Below, in pieces: positions 45,006 through 53,517 of a stretch of 64,000 nucleotides of DNA (positions are counted from its first letter, which is position 1; every line of letters starts with the position of its first letter). The stretch is from positions 137,592 to 201,591 of the forward strand of contig CAWIXR010000007.1 of NCBI GenBank assembly GCA_963840145.1, read 5' to 3'. A program made the position numbers and the translations under genes. The stretch is from an uncultured Chloroflexia bacterium (GTDB lineage Bacteria; Chloroflexota; Limnocylindria; QHBO01). The notes beneath the pieces were generated by a model. The model saw only the letters and a list, made by a program, of their open reading frames with translations, searched no databases and was not told the DNA's origin.

Positions 45006-45135
45006 CGACCGACCTCTTGAGAGTGAATGGAGCTTCTGGTAAGAACCGTGCACCCGATGCTAGAAACGGGATGTGCCGGGCGCGATGCCCCGTTGGTACC
45101 GATTTGGCCCCGACATCGGTTCCGGTCGCGTCTTC

Positions 45136-45879
45136 CTAGAGCAGCGCGGAGACCAGCAAGCCAACCCCACCGACGGCGACGAGCGTGACGGAGGCCGCAA
45201 CGCCGATGACGGCGGCGGCCGTCAGCCGCCGTCGGCCGCCGCCGAGCAGGCGCATCGCGTCGTCGATCGCGAGGTTGGTGATCACGTAGCCGCCGTTCGG
45301 CGGCTGGAGCCGGATCCGGCCGTCGTCGCCGCGGACCGGGCGGGCGACGACGAGGAGCCGATCGGTGACGTTGACGGTGCGGATGACCGATCGCGCCGCG
45401 GTGGCGGACCCGTGCCGCTCGGCGAGCCGCGCGACCGCCGACGCGTGAGGCTCCTCGAGCTGGCTCGCGTCGCCGCGCCAGACCTTCGGGATCGCGATCA
45501 GCGGCTCCGCTGCGCCGGCCGGATCGACGGTGAGCGAGCCGTCGTGGTCCCACAGCTCGAAGGAGCGGGTCTCGCGCAGCCGCTCGACGCTGCGCCAGCT
45601 GCCGCCGACCATGACCTCGACGTCGCGGTGGAAGGCCACCAGCCGCTCGCCCTCTCCGGCCTCGAGCGGGTCGCGGCAGCGGATGCGGCCGACCACCCGC
45701 ACCGGGCGCTGCGGCAGGTCGGCGGCGTCGAGCAGCTGGCCGACCTTGACCTCACGCGGCCCCGCCAGCCGTCTGGCGAGCGCCGGCTGTGCCCCGGCCG
45801 CGCGGAGGGCGACCCACGAGGCCAGCCCGATGAGCGCGCCGGCGAGTGCCAGCAACCCGAAGGCCAGCGGTAGCGGCAC
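45136..45879 (-). CDS. membrane protein with N- and C-terminal TM helices (GIDE-like, tentative)
   Basis: GTG 45879 lies 2 nt after the ybaK stop. ..VRVVGRIRCRDPLEAGEGERLVAFHRDVEV.. sits between the terminal TM helices. Confidence 0.45.
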   Translation of the reverse strand: MPLPLAFGLLALAGALIGLASWVALRAAGAQPALARRLAGPREVKVGQLLDAADLPQRPVRVVGRIRCRDPLEAGEGERLVAFHRDVEVMVGGSWRSVERLRETRSFELWDHDGSLTVDPAGAAEPLIAIPKVWRGDASQLEEPHASAVARLAERHGSATAARSVIRTVNVTDRLLVVARPVRGDDGRIRLQPPNGGYVITNLAIDDAMRLLGGGRRRLTAAAVIGVAASVTLVAVGGVGLLVSALL

Positions 45880-45881
45880 CG

Positions 45882-46361
45882 TCAGCCGTCCGGCGCGGCG
45901 GCGAGGTCGGCTAGCGCCCCCCCGCTGGCGCGGACGAGGTCCGCGGGCCTGATGGCGAAGACCGCGTCCGGCAGGCCGGCGGCCGCCCACACGACCTCGT
46001 GCCGCTCGAGGTCACCGTCGACGAGGATCGTCGTTGGCGAGGCATGGCCGAACGGCGGGACGCCGCCGATCGCGAAGCCGGTCGCGGCGCGGGCCTCGTC
46101 GCCGTCGGCGCGTCGAGCGCTCGTGGCGCCGGTGGCCGCGGCCAGCTTGTCGAGGTCGACCCGGTTGGAGCCGGAGACGAGCGCCACGACCGGTCGGTCG
46201 TCGGCGATGAAGACGAGCGACTTGACGATCTGGGCGACTTCGCAGCCGACGGCGCGGGCTGCATCGGCCGCGGTTCGCGTGCCCTCCGGGAAGCGGCGGA
46301 CCTCGATCGCCAGTCCGCTCGCCGCGGCGGCCGCCACGACGCGGTCCACATTCGGGTGCAT
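45882..46361 (-). CDS. YbaK/EbsC-family aminoacyl-tRNA deacylase
   Basis: 159 aa. ..IVKSLVF..PVVALVSGSNRVDLDKL..ATGFAIGGVPPFGH.. TAAGAT lies 6 nt upstream of the ATG on the minus strand. Confidence 0.8.
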   Translation of the reverse strand: MHPNVDRVVAAAAASGLAIEVRRFPEGTRTAADAARAVGCEVAQIVKSLVFIADDRPVVALVSGSNRVDLDKLAAATGATSARRADGDEARAATGFAIGGVPPFGHASPTTILVDGDLERHEVVWAAAGLPDAVFAIRPADLVRASGGALADLAAAPDG

Positions 46362-46402
46362 CGCCCGATCTTAGGTTGCGTGCTAGGCTGGCCGCACAAC
46401 CC

Positions 46403-46500
46403 AAGAGACGACAGGGGAGCGCCACCGCGCTGAGAGTGCGACGTCGAACGTCGCAGACCCTCGAACCTGATCCGGGTCATGCCGGCGAAGGAAGTCGATG
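46403..46500 (+). promoter_or_regulatory. TPP (THI-box) riboswitch
   Basis: acaGGGGAGCgccaccgcgCTGAGAgtgcgacgtcgaacgtcgcagACCCtcgaACCTGATCCGGGTCATGCCGGCGAAGGAAgtcg matches the THI-box core. TAGGCT at 46383-46388 is a possible -10. Thiamine genes lie downstream. Confidence 0.85.
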
Positions 46501-46592
46501 CAGCCTCATCACGGCGCGCCTCAGATCTCGGTCTCGTTGACCGATGCCGGCGCGCCGTTCGTCGTTTCGCGGACCGAACCGTTGGAGGACCG

Positions 46593-47246
46593 ATGCGGAT
46601 CGTGGTCGTCGCGTCCGGCGCCTTGGCGCCGGGGGACGAGACATGGCTGGACGGGGCGGACCTGGTGATCGCCGCCGACGGCGGCGCCGATGCGCTCGAC
46701 CGTCTCGGACGCCGGCCGGATCGCCTCGTCGGCGACCTCGACTCCGCCGATCCCGCGCTCGTCGAGCGGCTCGCGGCGTCAGGCACCACTGTCGACCGCC
46801 ATCCGGTCGACAAGGAGGCGTCGGACACCGAGCTCGCGGTGCGGGCCGCGGTGACCGAGGGTGCGGATCGGATCGACCTGCTCGGCGCCACCGGCGGCGA
46901 TCGGCTCGACCACGAGCTGGCGAACCTCCTCCTCCTCGCCGACCCTGCCCTCGCCGGCGTGGAGCTGCGCGTGCTGGTCGCAGGGACGACCGTCCGCGCG
47001 CTGCGTGGCGGTCAGGTGCTGGCGCTCAGCGGCGACCCCGGTGATCTCGTCACGCTGCTGCCGATCGGCGGCGATGCGGGCGGGGTCACCACCAGCGGCC
47101 TGCGCTGGCCGCTCGACGGCGCGACCCTGGAGATGGGCACGTCGCGCGGCCTGTCGAACCAGATCCTCGAGGCGGGCGCATCGGTCCGTCTCAGCAACGG
47201 GGTGCTCCTCGTCGTCGAAACCGCGTCAACTGGAGAGCTCGAATGA
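46593..47246 (+). CDS. thiamine pyrophosphokinase
   Basis: ATG 46593 after GGAGG. MRIVVVASG..VIAADGGA..LVGDLDS..HPVDKEASDTELAV..LLGATGGDRLDH.. Confidence 0.8.
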   Translation: MRIVVVASGALAPGDETWLDGADLVIAADGGADALDRLGRRPDRLVGDLDSADPALVERLAASGTTVDRHPVDKEASDTELAVRAAVTEGADRIDLLGATGGDRLDHELANLLLLADPALAGVELRVLVAGTTVRALRGGQVLALSGDPGDLVTLLPIGGDAGGVTTSGLRWPLDGATLEMGTSRGLSNQILEAGASVRLSNGVLLVVETASTGELE

Positions 47247-47830
47247 CCACCACCTCGCCGGACCGCGAACGCGGCTGGCGCACCGTCGACATCGTCGTGG
47301 CGGCCGTGATCGCGGTCGCGTTCGGCGTCGTCTTCCAGGCCTGGAACGTCGTGTGGGAGGCGACCGCCTTCGTCGCCCCGCCCGTCCGCGGCGCCTTCTA
47401 CGGCGTATGGATGATCCCCGCGGTGATCGTGCCGCTGATCGTGCGTCGCCCCGGCGCCGCGCTGTTCGGCGAGGCGGTCGCGGCATCGGTGTCGATGGTG
47501 CTCGGCGCGCAGTGGGGGCTGCTGGCGATCGTCTATGGCCTCGCCCAGGGTGCGGCCGCCGAGCTCATCTTCGCCTTCGGGCTCTACCGGCGTTGGAACC
47601 TGCTCACCGCCGTCGGCGCCGGGGCCGCCGCGGGCTTCGCCGGCGCGCTCATCGACCTGGCGGTGTACTACCCCGACTGGGGCGCGGACTGGCAGCTTCT
47701 GTACTCGGCGCTGGTGGTCGTGAGCTCGGCGGCGGTCGCCGGCATCGGTGGATGGCTGCTCGTGCGTGGTCTCGCCGCCACCGGCGTCCTGCGCGAGTTC
47801 GAGGTCGGGCGCGAGCAGCCGGAGGTCTGA
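47243..47830 (+). CDS. ECF-transporter S component, YkoE-type (HMP/thiamine)
   Basis: 195 aa with about 6 TM helices, in the first transporter position of a THI-box-controlled ykoEDC-like operon. ATGA overlap with the TPK gene. Confidence 0.7.
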   Translation: MTTTSPDRERGWRTVDIVVAAVIAVAFGVVFQAWNVVWEATAFVAPPVRGAFYGVWMIPAVIVPLIVRRPGAALFGEAVAASVSMVLGAQWGLLAIVYGLAQGAAAELIFAFGLYRRWNLLTAVGAGAAAGFAGALIDLAVYYPDWGADWQLLYSALVVVSSAAVAGIGGWLLVRGLAATGVLREFEVGREQPEV

Positions 47831-47855
47831 CCGCCGAACCGCCGACAATGCCGGC

Positions 47856-49313
47856 ATGACAGCCGGGCCGGCGGGAATCGAGGCGCGCGGGTGGGGCCTG
47901 CGCCAGCCCGGGCGCCGCGAATGGGCACTGCGTGGCGTCGACCTGCGCGTCGAGCCCGGCGAGCGGATCCTCCTGCTCGGGCCGTCCGGCGCGGGGAAGT
48001 CGACGCTGCTGAGGGCCCTGGCCGGGCTCATCGATCCGGCATCCGGCGCCGAGACCACAGGGACGCTGCTCGTCGATGGTCGCGACCCGCGGGCCGCGCG
48101 GGACCGAACCGGGATGATGTTCCAGGATCCCGAGTCGCAGCTGGTGATGGCGCGCGCCGGCGACGACGTCGCCTTCGGGCTCGAGAACCGATGCATCGCG
48201 CCTGACGGGATCTGGTCGCGTGTCGACGCCGCCCTCGCCGCGGTCGAGTTTCCGTACGGCCGGGATCGGCCGACCCACGCCCTGTCCGGCGGTGAGCAGC
48301 AACGGCTGGCCCTGGCCGGCACGCTGGCGCTCCAGCCCGGGCTGCTCCTGCTCGACGAGCCGACCGCGAACATCGACCCGGAGGGAGCCGCGGAGGTGCG
48401 AGCGGTGCTCGCCCGGGTCCTCGAGCGCCTCGGGGCGACGATGGTGCTCGTCGAGCATCGCGTCGACGAGGCCGTCGCGCTCGTCGACCGGGTCGTCGTC
48501 ATCGAGGCCGGTGGCGGCGTGGTCGCCGACGGGCCGCCGGCTCGGGTCTTCCGCGATCACGGCAGCGCGCTCGCCGATGGCGGCGTCTGGGTGCCCGACC
48601 GTCCGCCCGCGGCCCCCACCCGCCGCGATCGGCCGCCGAAGCAGACGCTGCTCCTCGCCGAGCATGTCTCGTTCCGCTGGCCCGGCTCGGCCGTCGATGC
48701 GCTCACGCCGGTCGACGTCTCGCTGCGCTCGGCGGAGGCGATCGCCATCACCGGGCCGAACGGGAGCGGCAAGTCGACACTGGCGCTGCTGCTGGCCGGA
48801 CTGCTGCTGCCTCGGATCGGTCAGGTCGTGGCCGGCGAGGCGCTCGCGGCCGGCCGCGGCCATGAGCCGATCGCCCGCTGGCGCGCGCGCGACCTGGCGA
48901 CGCACATCGGCACCGTCTTCCAGGATCCCGAGCACCAGTTCCTGACCGGCTCGGTGCGTGAGGAGCTCCTGCTCGGGCCGATGCGGGCCGGGTCTGACAT
49001 CGCGACCGCGACACGGCGCGTCGACGAGCTCCTCGAGCGGCTGCACCTCGGCCACCTCGCGGCGGCGAACCCGTTCACCCTGTCGGGCGGCGAGCAGCGG
49101 CGCCTCTCGGTCGCGACCGCTCTCGCGACCGCGCCGATGCTGCTGATTCTCGACGAGCCGACCTTCGGGCAGGACCGGCGCACCTGGGGCGAGCTGCTCC
49201 AGCTGCTCGCCGCGCTGCGCGACGGCGGTCGCGGGATCGGCTTCGTGACTCACGACCGCGCGTTCGCCACCGCCCTGGCGGATCGCACCTTCGCGCTGCG
49301 GGCACCGTCCTGA
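47856..49313 (+). CDS. ECF-transporter duplicated ATPase (YkoD-type)
   Basis: Two ABC cassettes: GPSGAGKST..LSGGEQQRLAL..LLLDEP and GPNGSGKST..LSGGEQRRLSV..LILDEP. Confidence 0.9.
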   Translation: MTAGPAGIEARGWGLRQPGRREWALRGVDLRVEPGERILLLGPSGAGKSTLLRALAGLIDPASGAETTGTLLVDGRDPRAARDRTGMMFQDPESQLVMARAGDDVAFGLENRCIAPDGIWSRVDAALAAVEFPYGRDRPTHALSGGEQQRLALAGTLALQPGLLLLDEPTANIDPEGAAEVRAVLARVLERLGATMVLVEHRVDEAVALVDRVVVIEAGGGVVADGPPARVFRDHGSALADGGVWVPDRPPAAPTRRDRPPKQTLLLAEHVSFRWPGSAVDALTPVDVSLRSAEAIAITGPNGSGKSTLALLLAGLLLPRIGQVVAGEALAAGRGHEPIARWRARDLATHIGTVFQDPEHQFLTGSVREELLLGPMRAGSDIATATRRVDELLERLHLGHLAAANPFTLSGGEQRRLSVATALATAPMLLILDEPTFGQDRRTWGELLQLLAALRDGGRGIGFVTHDRAFATALADRTFALRAPS

Positions 49314-50113
49314 TGCGCCTCCTCGCCCCGATCGATCCGGCACCAGACGCGCCGCTCGCCCGCGCCAACCCGCTGGCGAAGCTCGCCGCCGCGCTCGTCC
49401 TCCTCGTGGCGCTGTTCCTCTCCCTCGACGCCGTCACGGCCGGCGTGATCCTCATCGGTCTCGTGCTGGTCGTGCCGTTCGCCGGCATCCCGGTCCCGGC
49501 GCTCGTCCGACGCACGTGGCTGATCGGGCTGGCGGCGGCGATCGTCGGCGTCGTGAACGTCGTCTTCGCGGCCGAGCAGCTTGGGCCGACGGTCGTCTCG
49601 ATCGGCCCGCTGGAGGTCGGCGGCGAGACCCTCGTCAACGGCATCGGCCTCGCGCTGCGCCTGCTGGCGATCGGGCTGGCCGGGATCCTCGCCACGGCGA
49701 CGAGCCAGCCCACCGACATGGCCGATGCGCTCGTCCAGCATCTGCGCGTCTCGCCGCGCTTCGCGATCGGGGCGCTGGCGGCGATGCGCCTCGTCCCGCT
49801 GCTGGCCGCGGAGTGGCAGATGATCGGCCTCGCGCGGCGAGCCCGCGGCGTCGATGCCGGCCGCTCGCCGCTCGCCGCCGGGCGGCTGTGGATCGGCAAG
49901 CTGGCCTCGCTCCTCGTGCGGGCCGTGCGGCGGGCGAGCCGCCTCGCGCTCGCGATGGATGCCCGCGGCTTCGGCGCGCTCCCCGGCCGCACGAACGCGC
50001 GAATCTCGCGGTTCCGGCCGAGCGACGCGGCCTGGGTCGCCGGCGCGGTCGCCCTGGCCGCGATGGCCGTCGGCGTGAGCCTCGCCCTCGGAGCCTGGCG
50101 GCCGCTCGTCTAG
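49313..50113 (+). CDS. ECF-transporter T component (EcfT/CbiQ/YkoC-type)
   Basis: 266 aa, polytopic. ..ALRLLAIGLAG..ARRARG.. pattern. Its start shares a base with the ATPase stop. Confidence 0.8.
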   Translation: MRLLAPIDPAPDAPLARANPLAKLAAALVLLVALFLSLDAVTAGVILIGLVLVVPFAGIPVPALVRRTWLIGLAAAIVGVVNVVFAAEQLGPTVVSIGPLEVGGETLVNGIGLALRLLAIGLAGILATATSQPTDMADALVQHLRVSPRFAIGALAAMRLVPLLAAEWQMIGLARRARGVDAGRSPLAAGRLWIGKLASLLVRAVRRASRLALAMDARGFGALPGRTNARISRFRPSDAAWVAGAVALAAMAVGVSLALGAWRPLV

Positions 50114-51420
50114 CGCGGGATCGAGGTGGTGTGCCCCTCGATCGGGCCGAGCCAGGTCGGGGCGTGGGCGACGCCGACGTAGCGCATCGGGTCGAACGGC
50201 TCGAGCGACAGCGTGCGCGCGCGGCCGCCGGCGATCAGCTCGGCGAGGAGCAAGCCGAGAACGGGGGCATACGGGAGCCCGTGGCCGGTCAGCCCGGCGC
50301 CGACGTAGGCGCCCGGCAGCGGCGTGCCGTTCTCGGCGGGCAGCGGCCCGGCCATCGGCATCTCGAGGGAGGCGAAGTCGAGCAGCCCGGCCCAACAGCG
50401 CACGATCCGCGCATCGGCCAGGCGCGGGTGGAGCGCTGCGATCAGGCCGGCCGGTCGCGGCGGGACGCCGGGGCGCACGCGCATCGAGTAGGAGCCGATG
50501 CCCATCCCCTCGTCGCTGACCGCGAAGCCGCCGATGACGACCTCGCCGGTCCGCATCTGGCGCCAGTACTCGTTGCACCGGTTCGTCTCGAAAGCGGGCC
50601 TGCCGATGCTGAATGTCAGCGCATCGGTCACGCACACCGTCTCGCGGATCGGCGTCAGGTTGGCCGCGAGATGCGGCGCCAGCGCCGGCGTCCAGGCGTT
50701 CGTGGCGAGCAGCACCGCCCCGGTCGAGACATCTCCGTGCGAGGTGGCGACGCCCGTGAGGCGGCCGCCGCTCGCCAGCAGCCGCTCCGCGCGCACGCCG
50801 GTGATGACCGCTCCGCCGGCGGCCCGCACCGCGTCGAGCAGGGCGAAGCAGAGGCGGAACGGGTTGAGCTTCGCGTCCTGCGGCGTCCACTTCGCGGCGC
50901 GGACGGTGTCCGGGGCGAGGCCCGGCGCCAGGTCGTCGAGCTCCGCGCCGGTGACGATGCGGACCTCCAGCCCCTCGCCGGCCTGCAGCCAGGCCATGTG
51001 GCGGATCAGCTCCTCCTCCGACTCCTCGGTGGCCAGGTCCAGCGAGCCGAAGCGATCCCACTCGATCCCGCCCGGCAGCTCGGCGTCCCATGCCTCGAGC
51101 ATGTCCAGCGAGCGCATCGTGTAGTCGAGGATCGAGCGGCCGCCGGATTCCTGGACGAGCTTCGTCACCCGCGGGAAGTGCCCGCCCAGCCCGGCCAGCG
51201 CCATGCCCGCGTTGCGGCCCGAGGCGCCCCACGACGGCGAGTTGGCCTCGATGACCAGCGGACGCATCCCGGCCCGCGCGAGGTGGTAGGCCGACGACGC
51301 GCCGAGCATGCCGGCCCCGATCACGACGACCTCGGCTGCGGTCGGCAGCTCCGCGCGCGGGTCGGGGACGAACGGGACCGGCTGGGGCGGCGGAGAGAGG
51401 ACCGGCGCGGGTTGGGACAT
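50110..51420 (-). CDS. FAD-dependent oxidoreductase (DAO/DadA family)
   Basis: ATG 51420. ..VVVIGAGMLGASSAYHLARAG..SGRNAG.. Only the last 436 aa of the 726-aa track ORF are coding. Confidence 0.75.
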   Translation of the reverse strand: MSQPAPVLSPPPQPVPFVPDPRAELPTAAEVVVIGAGMLGASSAYHLARAGMRPLVIEANSPSWGASGRNAGMALAGLGGHFPRVTKLVQESGGRSILDYTMRSLDMLEAWDAELPGGIEWDRFGSLDLATEESEEELIRHMAWLQAGEGLEVRIVTGAELDDLAPGLAPDTVRAAKWTPQDAKLNPFRLCFALLDAVRAAGGAVITGVRAERLLASGGRLTGVATSHGDVSTGAVLLATNAWTPALAPHLAANLTPIRETVCVTDALTFSIGRPAFETNRCNEYWRQMRTGEVVIGGFAVSDEGMGIGSYSMRVRPGVPPRPAGLIAALHPRLADARIVRCWAGLLDFASLEMPMAGPLPAENGTPLPGAYVGAGLTGHGLPYAPVLGLLLAELIAGGRARTLSLEPFDPMRYVGVAHAPTWLGPIEGHTTSIPR

Positions 51421-51447
51421 GCCGGCGCCGAGCGTACCATCGGGCCG

Positions 51448-52437
51448 ATGCCACGCTCCGAAGAGATTCGCCTTCGCGCCGGCGAGATCGGCCTTGCCGC
51501 GACGCTGACCCTGGCCGACGGCGAGCCCGCCAGGCGCCTGCCGTGGGCGCTGCTCGTGCCGAGCTGGCTGCCGCGCGGCCGGGACGGCGGCTGGGACCGA
51601 GTCGGACACCCGGACTGGTTCGCGCCTTCGTCCCCCGGTATCGGGCTCTTCGAGCGCCTGGCCGATGCTCTGGCGGCGCGTGGCGTGGCCAGCCTGCGCT
51701 ACGACCCGCGCGGCTGCGGCGAGTCCGGGGGCGACTGGGCCGCCTCGAACCTGTTCACGCGGATCGACGACGCGCGCGACGCGATCGGCGCGATGCGCTC
51801 GCGGCGCGAGCTCGACCTGCGGCGCACCGCGATCGTCGGCCACGGCGAGGGAGCGGTGATCGCCATCAGCGTGGCGATCGGTGACCCGGCAATCGGCGCG
51901 GTCGGGCTCATCGGTCCACCGGCGAGGTCCTTCCGCGACGTCCTGCGCCGTGGGGTCGCCGAGCGGCAGCGGACCGGGACCGATCGCGAGCATCCGGTCG
52001 TCGCCGCGCTCGACCTGGCCGCGGAGGAGCTCATCGAGCGAGCGGTGCGGCGCGAGGCCGAGATCGAGCTGCGGGTCGCCGACGCATCGGTCCGGCTGTC
52101 GCTCGCCGGCTGGGAGCAGGCGATCCACACGCCGGCGCTGGCCTTGGCGACGATGCTGCACCGCCACACCGTGATCGCCCACGGCTCGCGCGATGCCTGG
52201 GCCGACCCCGACGAGTCGCGGCTGCTGGCCGCGGTGCTGGCGGAGGCCGGCACCCGGCCGTCCGTCCAGGTCGTCGAGGGCACCGGGCACGACCTGGCCG
52301 AGGCTGATGACGACCGCATCGGTGCCTTCGCCGATGCGCTGATTGCCGGGATGGAGCCGCGCGAGCTGCCGCCGGTGCTGGTGGCGATCGAGCAGATGAC
52401 CGGCGATCCCGGCACGACGCTAGACTCTGGCTCGTGA
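51448..52437 (+). CDS. alpha/beta-hydrolase-fold protein without the nucleophile serine
   Basis: ATG 51448 lies 7 nt after TACCAT. ..LRYDPRGCGESGG.. The elbow IVGHGEGAV has Gly where Ser is expected. ..HGSRDAWAD.. and ..GTGHDL.. are retained. Confidence 0.65.
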   Translation: MPRSEEIRLRAGEIGLAATLTLADGEPARRLPWALLVPSWLPRGRDGGWDRVGHPDWFAPSSPGIGLFERLADALAARGVASLRYDPRGCGESGGDWAASNLFTRIDDARDAIGAMRSRRELDLRRTAIVGHGEGAVIAISVAIGDPAIGAVGLIGPPARSFRDVLRRGVAERQRTGTDREHPVVAALDLAAEELIERAVRREAEIELRVADASVRLSLAGWEQAIHTPALALATMLHRHTVIAHGSRDAWADPDESRLLAAVLAEAGTRPSVQVVEGTGHDLAEADDDRIGAFADALIAGMEPRELPPVLVAIEQMTGDPGTTLDSGS

Positions 52438-52898
52438 CTCGTTTGGCGGCCGGTGACCCGGCACCCGACTTCACCCTGACCGCGGATGACGGCAGCGTCG
52501 TCTCGAGCGAGTCGCTCGCCGGCTCCCGCTACGTCCTCTACTTCTATCCCAAGGACGACACGCCCGGCTGCACGGCCCAGGCATGCGGGCTGCGCGACAG
52601 CTGGTCGCGGGTGACCGAGACCGGCATCCAGCTCTTCGGCGTCTCGCCCGACAGCGTGGAGAGCCACGCGAAGTTCCGCGAGAAGTTCGCTCTGCCCTAC
52701 CGGCTCCTGGCCGATGCGGGCCACGGGCTGGCCGATGCCTACGGCGTCTGGATCGAGAAGACGAACTACGGCCGAACCTACTTCGGCAACGAGCGGAGCA
52801 CCTTCGTCGTCGGCCCGGACGGGCGGATCGAGACCGTGCTGGCGCAGGTCAAGCCGGCGGAGCACGTCGACCAGCTGATGGAGGCGCTCGCCGCGTGA
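52434..52898 (+). CDS. bcp: thioredoxin-dependent peroxiredoxin Bcp
   Basis: ..APDFTLT..VLYFYPKDDTPGCTAQACGLRD..GVSPDS.. Confidence 0.9.
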   Translation: MTRLAAGDPAPDFTLTADDGSVVSSESLAGSRYVLYFYPKDDTPGCTAQACGLRDSWSRVTETGIQLFGVSPDSVESHAKFREKFALPYRLLADAGHGLADAYGVWIEKTNYGRTYFGNERSTFVVGPDGRIETVLAQVKPAEHVDQLMEALAA

Positions 52899-52909
52899 AG
52901 GAGGGTGGC

Positions 52910-53002
52910 GTGGTGCTGGCCAGCCTCCTCGTCGCGGGTCTGCTCCTGCTCGTGGTCGTCGGCGTCCTGGCGCTCGTCGCGCTGCTCGACCCCGTTCCCT
53001 GA
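52910..53002 (+). CDS. possible 30-aa hydrophobic peptide
   Basis: AAGGAGGG (52898-52905) is followed by GTG 52910: (M)VLASLLVAGLLLLVVVGVLALVALLDPVP. Third positions are almost all G/C. Confidence 0.4.
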   Translation: MVLASLLVAGLLLLVVVGVLALVALLDPVP

Positions 53003-53008
53003 GGTTCG

Positions 53009-53031
53009 GCCGAGCGTGCGCTACGCTCGGC
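53009..53031 (+). terminator. perfect 9-bp stem / 5-nt loop hairpin
   Basis: GCCGAGCGT-gcgct-ACGCTCGGC immediately after the bcp / small-peptide unit. No U-tract. Confidence 0.35.
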
Positions 53032-53138
53032 GACCAAGCACTTGCCTGCCGCGGCTGGCATGCATCGTGCGAAGTTCGGTACCACGTGTGACGCCGAAAG
53101 GCGTTGCAGGGAGGGACTGAACCGATAAGGAGAGAACG

Positions 53139-53285
53139 ATGCTCTGGGCGATCATCGCCATCCTGCTGGTCCTGTGGCTGTTGGGCTTCATCGGGCAAAT
53201 CGGCGGCGGCCTCATCTGGCTGCTGCTGGTCATTGCCGGGATCGTGCTCGTCTTCCAGCTGCTCAGCGGGCGACGCACGGTCTGA
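53139..53285 (+). CDS. lmo0937-family small membrane protein (48 aa), absent from the ORF track
   Basis: AAGGAGAG lies 5 nt upstream of the ATG. MLWAIIAILLVLWLLGFIGQIGGGLIWLLLVIAGIVLVFQLLSGRRTV. Confidence 0.7.
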   Translation: MLWAIIAILLVLWLLGFIGQIGGGLIWLLLVIAGIVLVFQLLSGRRTV

Positions 53286-53517
53286 CCCCGCTCCAGCGCT
53301 GATGCCGGCCGGCCCGGTCCCCTGATCGGCATGGGGGGAAGCGGCCGGCTCGGCGCACGAGACGGACCCGGTCCGGCCCGCCTGGCGACCGATGAGCTGT
53401 CACGTTCGTCGGCTACGCTTGGCGGGCCGTGCCGACTCACCACCAGCTTCGACCTTCGCCCGGCGTTGATCGCCGGGCTTCGTGCACCCGCCGCTCGGCT
53501 ACCCTGACGCGGATCGC

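Noticed and set aside
45006-45135. Lower-GC 130-bp spacer upstream of the GGDEF megaprotein, considered as a possible regulatory RNA.
   Set aside because: It is adequately explained as promoter plus 5' UTR (TAGCAT -10-like box on the minus strand, AGAGG ribosome-binding site). No conserved structure was discernible.
53040-53138. Structured leader (including the ACGCC-GAAA-GGCGT hairpin at about 53092-53105) upstream of the lmo0937-type peptide gene, considered as a possible riboswitch.
   Set aside because: No match to any riboswitch consensus I know. A single GNRA-type hairpin is insufficient evidence.
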